From an uncultured Collinsella sp. (GTDB lineage Bacteria; Actinomycetota; Coriobacteriia; Coriobacteriales; Coriobacteriaceae): a DNA stretch of 64,000 bases. The position numbers and the translations under genes are program-made. How positions within the stretch are numbered: position 1 is the stretch's first letter; each line of letters opens with the position of its first letter. The notes beneath the pieces were generated by a model that saw only the letters and a list, made by a program, of their open reading frames with translations, searched no databases and was not told the origin of the DNA. This document shows, in pieces, positions 51,692 through 64,000 of this stretch. The stretch spans positions 4,596 through 68,595 of the forward strand of contig CAUADW010000002.1 in NCBI GenBank assembly GCA_958427895.1. Reading direction: 5' to 3'.

Positions 51692-54019
51692 TTAAGCGGA
51701 AACTGCGGCGGAAGCAGTGTTGGTCTCGTCCTCGTCGGTCCATGCATGTTTGGGCATGGGGCGGAAGATCTGGAAGAGCATCGCAACCAGCAGCACGATG
51801 GCCACAATCGTCCAGATACCAAACTGTCCAAGAACAAGCAGGTTATAGAACTGGTTGATGAACAGGCCGATAACCCAAGCGAAGGCGCACTCGTAGCCGA
51901 GGGCAATCGCGGTCCACTTGCCGGAATCCATCTGGTTGCGAATGGTACCCATGGCGGCAAAGCACGGAGCGCACAGCAGGTTGAACGCGCCAAAGGCAAC
52001 GCAAGCGCCCATAGTCGGGAACATGCCGGCAAACGCGGTCCACAGGCTCGGGTCGGTCTCTGCGGCGTCAGCCACGGACAGCAGCGAGCCGGCGGTGGCG
52101 ACAACGTTCTCCTTGGCGACAAGACCAGAGACGGACAGTGCTGTTGCCTGCCAGGTGCTAAAGCCGAGCGGGGCGAAGATCCAGGCGATCAGGTTGCCGA
52201 GCATGGCAAGCACGGAGTAGTCCATGAACTCCTCGGGGATGCCGTCCATCGCAGGCAGGAAGCCAAAGGAACCGTTGTAGCTACCAAAGTTGGACAGGAA
52301 CCAAACCACGACAGTGGAGGCAAAGATGACCGTGCCGGCCTTCTTGATAAAGGCCCAGCAGCGCTCCCACACGTGCAGCGCCCAAGAGCGGATCGCCGGG
52401 AAGTGGTAGGCAGGAAGCTCCATAACAAACGGCGTCGGGCGGCCGGCGAAGAGCTTGGTCTTCTTGAGCATGAGGCCCGAGGCGATGACGGCAAAGACGC
52501 CCAGGAAGTAGAAGAGCGGGCTGATCCACGCGGCGGTGGTGGAAGAATCGCCGATGATAGAACCCATGAGCAGGGCGATGATCGGCAGCTTGGCGCCACA
52601 GGGAATGAACGTGGTGGTCATGACCGTCATGCGGCGGTCCTTCTCGTTCTCGATGGTCTTGGTGGCCATGACGCCGGGGACGCCGCAGCCCGAGGACACG
52701 AGCATGGGGATAAAGGACTTACCGGACAGGCCAAACCGGCGGAACACGCGGTCCATGATGAAGGCGACGCGGGCCATATAGCCGCAGTCCTCCAGGAAAG
52801 ACAGCATCACGAACAGCAGGAACATCTGCGGGACGAAGCCGAAGATGGCGCCCAGGCCGCCGACGATACCGTCACAGACGAGCGAATCGACCAGGCCACC
52901 GTCCTCGGTGCCGCCCGCCACAAGGGCATCGTGCACCACGGTGGTGATACCCGGGACATAGGGGCCGTACTGTGCCGGGTCGACCGAATCGGCGTCGTCG
53001 CCCGCAGCCTCGACAGCTGCGTCGTAGGCGTCGCGACCCTGGCCGAGCACATACCAGCCGTCGGTACCGAAGAGCTGGTCGTTGGTGAAGTCGGTCACCG
53101 TGCCGCCCAAGGTGGAAACGGCGATGTAGTACACGCAGAACATGATGACCACAAAGATCGGCAGGCCCAGGATACGGTTGGTAACCACGCGGTCGATCTT
53201 CTCGGAGGTGCTCATCTTTGCCGGAGCCTTGGTGAGGCACTCGTCAATGATGTGCGCGATGACGCCATAGCGCTCACCGGTGATGATGGACTCGGCGTCG
53301 TCGTCGCAATCCTGCTCGCACTGGGCGACCAGTTGCTCAACGCGAGCGGCCTTCTCCTTGGTGAGGTTGGTGAGCTTGCAGGCGTCCGCATCACGCTCAA
53401 ACAGCTTGACAGCGTAGTAGCGACGCTTGTTGGCGGGAACGCTCGCCGGCAGGTTGTTTTCGATGTGCGTCAGAACGTCCTCGATGGAGGAATCGAACTT
53501 GTGCTCCGGCACCTGGCCCTTGGAAGCAGCGGACTTCTTGACCTGCTCGAAGAGCTCCTTGATACCCTTGTTCTTAAGGGCAGAGATCATCATGACCGGG
53601 CAGCCGAGCTTCTTGGAGAGCTTGTCCGTGTCGATCTTATCGCCGTTCTTCTCGACCAAGTCGGCCATGTTGAGGGCAACGACTACGGGCAGACCGGTCT
53701 CGATAACCTGAAGCGCCAGGTACAGGTTGCGCTCGAGGTTGGTGGCATCGACAACCTGGACGACCACATCGGGCTCGCCGCTCATGAGGTAATCGCGCGA
53801 GCACTGCTCCTCGGGGCTGTAGGGGGAAAGCGAGTAGATGCCAGGGAGGTCCGTGATGGTAAAGTTCTTGTCGCTTAGGAGCTTGGCCTCCTTTTTCTCA
53901 ACCGTGACGCCGGGCCAGTTGCCAACGTAGCCGTTGGCGCCGGTGATCAGGTTGAAAAGCGTGGTCTTGCCGCAGTTGGGGTTACCCGCCAGTGCGACAT
54001 GGATCTGAGAATCCGCCAT
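51692..54019 (-). CDS. feoB: Ferrous iron transporter B
   Basis: GNPNCGKT, GNWPGVT, DLPG, NMAD, GCGVP. Confidence 0.97.
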   Translation of the reverse strand: MADSQIHVALAGNPNCGKTTLFNLITGANGYVGNWPGVTVEKKEAKLLSDKNFTITDLPGIYSLSPYSPEEQCSRDYLMSGEPDVVVQVVDATNLERNLYLALQVIETGLPVVVALNMADLVEKNGDKIDTDKLSKKLGCPVMMISALKNKGIKELFEQVKKSAASKGQVPEHKFDSSIEDVLTHIENNLPASVPANKRRYYAVKLFERDADACKLTNLTKEKAARVEQLVAQCEQDCDDDAESIITGERYGVIAHIIDECLTKAPAKMSTSEKIDRVVTNRILGLPIFVVIMFCVYYIAVSTLGGTVTDFTNDQLFGTDGWYVLGQGRDAYDAAVEAAGDDADSVDPAQYGPYVPGITTVVHDALVAGGTEDGGLVDSLVCDGIVGGLGAIFGFVPQMFLLFVMLSFLEDCGYMARVAFIMDRVFRRFGLSGKSFIPMLVSSGCGVPGVMATKTIENEKDRRMTVMTTTFIPCGAKLPIIALLMGSIIGDSSTTAAWISPLFYFLGVFAVIASGLMLKKTKLFAGRPTPFVMELPAYHFPAIRSWALHVWERCWAFIKKAGTVIFASTVVVWFLSNFGSYNGSFGFLPAMDGIPEEFMDYSVLAMLGNLIAWIFAPLGFSTWQATALSVSGLVAKENVVATAGSLLSVADAAETDPSLWTAFAGMFPTMGACVAFGAFNLLCAPCFAAMGTIRNQMDSGKWTAIALGYECAFAWVIGLFINQFYNLLVLGQFGIWTIVAIVLLVAMLFQIFRPMPKHAWTDEDETNTASAAVSA

Positions 54020-54096
54020 TCAATCCTTCTTCCTTGTGTGCCTGCGCTGCTTTCTCCGCGCAGGCTGGATAAAGTGCTTCAAAGTTGCAGCATCAA

Positions 54097-54112
54097 GTTA
54101 GAAAAACCTAAC
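54097..54112. promoter_or_regulatory. Possible DtxR/MntR-like box upstream of feoB
   Basis: GTTAGAAAAACCTAAC dyad. Confidence 0.4.
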
Positions 54113-54142
54113 TTTATCTGCAGAAATATACGCCTCGGGCCC

Positions 54143-54364
54143 TTACTGGACCTCGACGACGGCCGCCTCCTCCTTGCGGATGGAAAGCTCGTAGCCGCGC
54201 ACGTTGATCTCGACCGGATCACCGAGCGGTGCGACCTTCACGACCTTGAACGAAGTGCCCTTGATGAGCCCCAGATCCATAAGGTGGCGGCGAAGCGCAC
54301 CCTCACCGTGAAGCTTGACGATGGTAGAGCTCTCGCCCACCTTAACGTCACCCAACGTCTTCAT
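54143..54364 (-). CDS. feoA: FeoA
   Basis: LMDLGL..G, APLGDP..I.VRG..LSIR. Confidence 0.92.
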   Translation of the reverse strand: MKTLGDVKVGESSTIVKLHGEGALRRHLMDLGLIKGTSFKVVKVAPLGDPVEINVRGYELSIRKEEAAVVEVQ

Positions 54365-54403
54365 CCTCTTGTCCCCCTTTCGGTTTTTATGAAATGCTGC
54401 AAA

Positions 54404-54646
54404 CTAACCGACGGTCATGATGTGCATGGCAACCTTGGAATCGATGCCAAAGCGTGCGCCCAGCACCGTGACGATGATATTGGCGCCACTCGAGCTCACC
54501 ACGTGGATTTCGTTGCCCTCGACAAAGCCGAGGTCCTTGAGGTGGTGCTTCATGTCCTCATTGCCCTTTACACGAGACACGCGCACGGTTTCGCCCGCTT
54601 TTACCATCGAAAGCGGCATGGCCGGCATCTGCGGTCCGCAAGACAT
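54404..54646 (-). CDS. feoA: FeoA family protein
   Basis: MPLSM..AGE...LKDLGFVEG; the start may be at 54619. Confidence 0.85.
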   Translation of the reverse strand: MSCGPQMPAMPLSMVKAGETVRVSRVKGNEDMKHHLKDLGFVEGNEIHVVSSSGANIIVTVLGARFGIDSKVAMHIMTVG

Positions 54647-54688
54647 GAGTGGCTCCTAACGTCAGTTCGTCCTCAACATCGACGCGAT

Positions 54689-54742
54689 AAAAGTTAACCA
54701 CGTCTATGTTCGCTTTAGTAAACTAACACGTGGTTAACTTTT
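54689..54742. promoter_or_regulatory. 15-bp inverted repeat enclosing a TTAGTAAACTAAC metal-regulator-like box upstream of feoA
   Basis: AAAAGTTAACCACGT...ACGTGGTTAACTTTT. Confidence 0.5.
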
Positions 54743-54841
54743 TGGAAAGGGTCCCCATTCAGATTTCGAAAAAGTTTCCTATACGAAACAAAAGAGGCAC
54801 CGCAAAGACCATCTCTTTGCGGTGCCTTGTCATACCAATTT

Positions 54842-54874
54842 ATGCAACAAAGGGGACTGTCCCCTTTGTTGCAT
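54842..54874. repeat. REP-like palindrome, family A
   Basis: ATGCAACAAAGGGGACTGTCCCCTTTGTTGCAT. Confidence 0.7.
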
Positions 54875-54882
54875 TGTTGAGA

Positions 54883-55131
54883 TTAGAGCGAGAGGTTTCT
54901 GATCGACGTGACGCAGGAGGCCTCATCCACGCCCGAAACGCGGAACACGATGTCCTCGCCGCACTCGCCGTAGAGAGCCATGAGGCCCATAACGTCGCGA
55001 CCGTCGGTATGGCGGTCGCCGATGCTGACCGACACGTCGCTACGATGCTTGGCAATGATGTCATAGAGCAGCGCAACCGGGCGGGCATGCAGTCCCAACG
55101 GATCTTTAATCGTCTTTGTAAACTCGACCAT
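54883..55131 (-). CDS. HPr family phosphocarrier
   Basis: GLHARP motif; ATG at 55131 after GGAGGGG. Confidence 0.85.
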   Translation of the reverse strand: MVEFTKTIKDPLGLHARPVALLYDIIAKHRSDVSVSIGDRHTDGRDVMGLMALYGECGEDIVFRVSGVDEASCVTSIRNLSL

Positions 55132-55228
55132 GTCCCCTCCCGCGACGTCGTACATTCGGCCGGCAAAACCCAACCACGTGGTAGCTATTGTACCGTTAGA
55201 TGCTTCTCGAGAGCTCCTCTGATCACCT

Positions 55229-55450
55229 CGTGGTCAAAAAGTGGCAAATATGAGTACTGTCACCAATTTAGTAGCAGCAAAATCGAGAGCAAATTGCCTA
55301 ATTTGAGCGATTCGAAGAGGTTGAAAGCCGTCAAACGCCCTTTAAGAGGGGTTAGATAAATTGATTTTTAGCCCATTTTCGCTCAGAACAAGCCGAAAAA
55401 TATGACACCTCTTTTGCAACAGTACTCATATTTAGCATTTTTTGACCACG
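55229..55450. mobile_element. MITE-like 222-bp element with 32-bp imperfect TIRs
   Basis: CGTGGTCAAAAAGTGGCAAATATGAGTACTGT versus ACAGTACTCATATTTAGCATTTTTTGACCACG (3 mismatches); AT-rich interior. Confidence 0.65.
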
Positions 55451-55553
55451 GGGTCCAAAACCATGCCCCAAAACACAAAAGGAGGGGCCTCGTAAGGCCC
55501 CTCCTTAGGAAAGGGAATCGATTTATTCCACAGCCGTAGATTAATCCTAGCCG

Positions 55554-57029
<1,476 letters not shown>

Positions 57030-57170
57030 TCATCTGTTAAATGTCATCTAAAACCGTCCGAGCTGCAAGTGCAATCGCAGACGGCGCACCTGCTAAGGGG
57101 AATGGGGAAAAGGGAGTCAACAAAGCCATTCCCCTTAACGGCACGAAGCAAACGTCCAAACGGACGAATA

Positions 57171-57626
57171 CTACTTGTTGGGGAAGGAATAACCTTCGAC
57201 CGTCACGTGCAGCACCACGACGCGGGGATCCGTGGCATCGGCCACGACACGGTAGGCCTCGTCAATTTCGACGACGGCAACGCCGCCGGCGGGAATCGTC
57301 ACGGTCTCCCCCGTACCCTCAAAGCGCTCGCGATCGTCGATATCACTGTAAGCGCGCGTACAGGTAAGATCGGGCTTGGAAGCCACCTCGACGGTCAGAT
57401 CGCCGTCGAGCGGGGCGAGCACGGCATGGTAGCGACGGTGACCGACCAGATCGGCAGTAGCCGCCTCGTGGGCGTTCACCCACCAATACACCAGCGAGTC
57501 GCCGATAGAGTACGCCACATCGTGCTGCAGTTCAGAAACGCCGTCGAGTGCCTGGCCGGTACGCATCCACTTCTTGACGGACTTCATCTGGGCGTCGAAA
57601 TCGGCACGCGAGTTAAAAACATGCAT
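57171..57626 (-). CDS. ebgC: Beta-galactosidase small subunit (YhcH/EbgC family)
   Basis: KKW.R, AYSIGDSL.Y, GHRRY, VTVEG.SFPNK. Confidence 0.85.
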   Translation of the reverse strand: MHVFNSRADFDAQMKSVKKWMRTGQALDGVSELQHDVAYSIGDSLVYWWVNAHEAATADLVGHRRYHAVLAPLDGDLTVEVASKPDLTCTRAYSDIDDRERFEGTGETVTIPAGGVAVVEIDEAYRVVADATDPRVVVLHVTVEGYSFPNK

Positions 57627-57629
57627 GAC

Positions 57630-60653
<3,024 letters not shown>

Positions 60654-60671
60654 TCATCGTAGTGCTTCTTT

Positions 60672-60774
60672 GTGCAACCGGTTGTACTTATCTTACGGGC
60701 GGTACAAAAATCTGTGCAACCGGTTGTCCGCCGAACGGTCGATTTTGCCGGATTAACGGTGCAACCGGTTGTAC
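60672..60774. promoter_or_regulatory. Three LacI-type operators
   Basis: GTGCAACCGGTTGT(A/C)C at 60672, 60714 and 60759, between ebgA and the divergent LacI gene. Confidence 0.8.
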
Positions 60775-61015
60775 AACCATGCTACTTATGTCACCCTAAG
60801 CTTAGGCACACAGCACAGGGCATCGTTCTTGAACTCACAGGCAACTGCCGCGCCTGCTTATGCCTCGCCCATGCATGCCGTGCTCAGTCGCAGTTTGATT
60901 GCAACACGACACCGGTCACCGGATATCATGAACGCTGTTCAGGCGCACTATAGTAAGCTGTATCCGCACCAGCCCGCATCAGTGACAACATCGACCGCAT
61001 TTTCCAGGAGACGCC

Positions 61016-62032
61016 ATGACCCAACCAGTTCGCACCGCACCGACGCTTGCCGAGGTTGCTGCAGCTGCCGGTGTTTCGCGTTCCACGGCATCGCGTGCCC
61101 TCAACGACTCCCCCCGCATTAGCGAGGAGACCAAAAAACGCGTCCGCGCGGCTGCCAAGGAAGTCAATTTTGTACCCAACGCACGCGGCCGGGCACTCGC
61201 CGTCGGACGCACGGAAATTATCGCCGTACTGGTTACCGAGCCTTTGAGCGAGCTGTTTAGCGATCCCACCTACAGTGAGTTTTTAAGCGGCATTACCGAG
61301 GAACTTTCGGAGTCATCTTACTTGCCCGTGATCTTGCAGGCATCTTCCTCGCATGAGCGCAACCGCGCACGCGAGCATTTTGAGCGCCGCTCGTTTGACG
61401 CCGTCATCGACGTCTCGCCCTACAAGGGCAGTGAGCTGCTCGAGGTGCTGCGCGAGCTGGGCGTACCCACTGTGTTATGCGGCCAGCTCGAGGGCCATCC
61501 CTATCGCGACGTGTTCTCGACGGTCTACTCCGACGACGAAGAGGGCGGACGCTTTGCGGCGCTCGCTATGAAAGATCGCGGACGCAAGGACATCGTTGCC
61601 GTGCTGGGGCCGCAGGATAACCCCGCCGTCGTCGACCGCCTTCGCGGCTACCGTGCAATTTTGGGCGAAAGCCTTCCGGATGAAAATGTCATCTATACCG
61701 GATGGAGCAGCGGAGACGGCTACCAAGCCACGCGGCGGTTGCTCGCGCGCGAAATACATGCCGACGGCGTGCTATGCGGATCGGACCGTATCGCAACCGG
61801 CGTTATCGCCGCATTCAACGAAGCAGGAATTAGCGTACCCAAAGACGTTTCGGTCGTGGGCTTCGATGACCACGAGGTCGCAGCTCGCAGCGTCCCCGCG
61901 TTGACGACCATTCGTCAGCCGCTTCGCGAGGAAGGCCGCATGGCCGCAGGCATTGCGCTCGATATGATTAACGGCGCCGCGCCCACCACCACCGTCATGC
62001 ACATGCAGCTCGTTCAGAGAGACTCGCTATAA
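61016..62032 (+). CDS. LacI family regulator of the ebg cluster
   Basis: TLAEVAAAAGVSRSTASRALN, VPKDVSVVGFDD, LTTIRQP. Confidence 0.93.
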   Translation: MTQPVRTAPTLAEVAAAAGVSRSTASRALNDSPRISEETKKRVRAAAKEVNFVPNARGRALAVGRTEIIAVLVTEPLSELFSDPTYSEFLSGITEELSESSYLPVILQASSSHERNRAREHFERRSFDAVIDVSPYKGSELLEVLRELGVPTVLCGQLEGHPYRDVFSTVYSDDEEGGRFAALAMKDRGRKDIVAVLGPQDNPAVVDRLRGYRAILGESLPDENVIYTGWSSGDGYQATRRLLAREIHADGVLCGSDRIATGVIAAFNEAGISVPKDVSVVGFDDHEVAARSVPALTTIRQPLREEGRMAAGIALDMINGAAPTTTVMHMQLVQRDSL

Positions 62033-62097
62033 GAAACCTGGGCCGGGCTTTCCGCGACGTCCGGTCACCCCACGCCCCCACAACCTCGGCACATAAA

Positions 62098-62129
62098 AAA
62101 CGAGGGAAGGCACGCGTCCTTCCCTCGTT
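62098..62129. terminator. Terminator of aspS
   Basis: AACGAGGGAAGG...CCTTCCCTCGTT preceded by an A-tract. Confidence 0.7.
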
Positions 62130-62152
62130 ACAGGCAATATGTAGCCGCTTAC

Positions 62153-63940
62153 CTACATCAGGCGCAGGCTGACGTCCTTGAGCTGGGCGCCGGAAACGGC
62201 ACTCGGAGCGCCCGACATGAGGTCGGAGCCGCTGGCCGTCTTGGGGAACGCCATGACGTCGCGGATGGAATCGGAACCGGTGAGCAGCATGCACACGCGG
62301 TCCAGGCCCAAAGCGAAACCACCCATCGGGGGCGCACCAAACTTGAGCGCCTCCATGAGGAAGCCAAACTGAGACTCGGCACGCTCCTCGGTAAAGCCCA
62401 GGAGCTTGAGCATGGACATCTGCATCTCGGCGTTGTGGATACGCATACCGCCGCCGCCGGCCTCAAAGCCGTCCATGACAAAGTCGTAGGTGCAGGAACC
62501 GGCCGCCAGCGGGTCGGCCTCGATCTTGGCGATGTCAGTCTCGGTCGGCAGCGTGAAGGGCTGATGCTCGGCAGCGTAGGCCTTGCGGTCCTCATCCCAG
62601 TGGAACAGCGGGAAGTTGACGACCCACAGGAAGTCGTGGCCCTCACGCTTGATCTCGAGCGCATTGGCCATGTGGGAACGCATGCCACCCAGGATCTCGT
62701 CAGAGAGCAGGCGCGGGCCGGCGGCGAACATCACAAGGTCGCCGGGCTCGACGTCCATGCGCTCACGCAGAGCAGCCATCTCCTCGTCCGAGAAGAACTT
62801 GACGATGGGGCTGTTGATGGAGCCATCCTCGCGGAAGGCGATCCAGGCCAGGCCCTTGGCGCCAAACGTGGAGGCCACGCCAGCGAGCTTATCGATCTTG
62901 GCACGTGCCCAGGCACCGGCGCCCTTGGCGTTAATGGCCTTGACGACAGAGCCCTCCTCGTTCGCGGCAGTCGCAAAGACCTTGAACTTGGAGTTGGCAA
63001 AGATGTCGGTCAGGTCGACCAGGTGCATGCCATAGCGGGTATCGGGCTTGTCGGAGCCATAGGTGTCCATGGCCTCCCAGTAGTTCATGCGACGCAGCGG
63101 CGTGGGCATCTCGACGCCCATGCGGCCGAAGGCATCGGCCAGGACCTCTTCGAGCGCGCTCATGACATCGTTCTGGTCCACGAAGGACATCTCGATATCG
63201 ACCTGGGTGAACTCAGGCTGACGGTCGGCACGCAGGTCCTCGTCGCGGAAGCACTTGGCAACCTGGTAGTAGCGCTCGACGCCACCGACCATGAGCAGCT
63301 GCTTCAGAAGCTGCGGGGACTGCGGCAGGGCGTAGAAGTTACCCGGCTGAATACGGCTGGGAACGATGAAGTCTCGAGCGCCCTCGGGCGTGGACTTAAA
63401 CAGGGAGGGCGTCTCGACCTCCATGAACTCACGGTTGTGCAGCGCCTCGCGAATGGCAAAGGTGAAGTCGGAGCGCAGCTTGAGGTTGGCCATCATCTCG
63501 GGACGGCGGAGGTCCAGATAGCGATAGCGCAGGCGGGTGTCCTCGCTGGTCTCGATGCCGTCCTCGATCTGGAACGGCGGGGTAACGGACGTGTTGAGCA
63601 CCTCGGCGTGGTCGGTCAGGACCTCGATCTCGCCGGTCGCGAGCTTGGTGTTGGTGGTCTCCTCGCCACGGGCGCGCACGACACCGTGGATCTTGATGGG
63701 CCACTCGGGACGCATGGTCTCGGCGATCTTAAAGGCATCGCCGTCGGAGTGCTCGGGGTCGAAAGTGAGCTGCGTGATGCCCTCGCGGTCGCGAAGGTCG
63801 CAGAAGATAAGGCCGCCGTGGTCGCGGCGACGGCTCACCCAACCGGTGAGGGTGACCTCTTCGCCCACGTTCTCGAAGCGAAGCTCGCCGCAGGTACGGG
63901 TGTGCATGGAATGCTCGTCAATGGGACGGGTCTGGCTCAT
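62153..63940 (-). CDS. aspS: Aspartate-tRNA ligase (probably non-discriminating, RRRDHGG)
   Basis: RTCGELR, TPEGARDF, ALPQSPQ, FRDEDLRADRQPEFTQ, GLDR. Confidence 0.97.
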   Translation of the reverse strand: MSQTRPIDEHSMHTRTCGELRFENVGEEVTLTGWVSRRRDHGGLIFCDLRDREGITQLTFDPEHSDGDAFKIAETMRPEWPIKIHGVVRARGEETTNTKLATGEIEVLTDHAEVLNTSVTPPFQIEDGIETSEDTRLRYRYLDLRRPEMMANLKLRSDFTFAIREALHNREFMEVETPSLFKSTPEGARDFIVPSRIQPGNFYALPQSPQLLKQLLMVGGVERYYQVAKCFRDEDLRADRQPEFTQVDIEMSFVDQNDVMSALEEVLADAFGRMGVEMPTPLRRMNYWEAMDTYGSDKPDTRYGMHLVDLTDIFANSKFKVFATAANEEGSVVKAINAKGAGAWARAKIDKLAGVASTFGAKGLAWIAFREDGSINSPIVKFFSDEEMAALRERMDVEPGDLVMFAAGPRLLSDEILGGMRSHMANALEIKREGHDFLWVVNFPLFHWDEDRKAYAAEHQPFTLPTETDIAKIEADPLAAGSCTYDFVMDGFEAGGGGMRIHNAEMQMSMLKLLGFTEERAESQFGFLMEALKFGAPPMGGFALGLDRVCMLLTGSDSIRDVMAFPKTASGSDLMSGAPSAVSGAQLKDVSLRLM

Positions 63941-64000
63941 ACCAGTGATCCTCCTTTATGGATCTGTGCCGCCCCGTGTCGTTCCGGGCGGCGTCGTACA

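Overview
High-GC Actinobacterial window, most consistent with a gut Coriobacteriia such as Collinsella (inferred from gene content and style, not from a marker search). Gene order from left to right: sortase-type pilus genes, HAD hydrolase, MFS, moaC-mobB and moaA, a DUF559/Vsr-like nuclease gene, an ABC exporter pair, MATE and MerR, an AT-rich cysteine peptidase plus lipoprotein islet, ligA, htrA, a GlnR-like regulator with a glutamine-synthetase-like gene, a LacI-kdgK-eda-GntR cluster, a membrane protein, an AAA+ ATPase, a decayed tyrosine integrase beside a tRNA-Met 3' half (att remnant), small accessory genes, an IlvD/Edd dehydratase with a deletion scar upstream, an OYE oxidoreductase, kdpFABC-DE, feoAAB, HPr, an ebgA-ebgC-permease-LacI cluster and aspS. 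The main unexplained signals are four. (1) Several families of long, fixed-length intergenic palindromes, one of which brackets the nuclease gene. (2) A GS homologue lacking key metal and catalytic residues, directly upstream of an atypical GlnR-like regulator. (3) A duplicated 58-nt leader hairpin with compensatory changes. (4) An AAA+/wHTH gene flanked by a 10-bp-period array and a palindrome array. All product calls come from motif recognition by eye; no database search was run.
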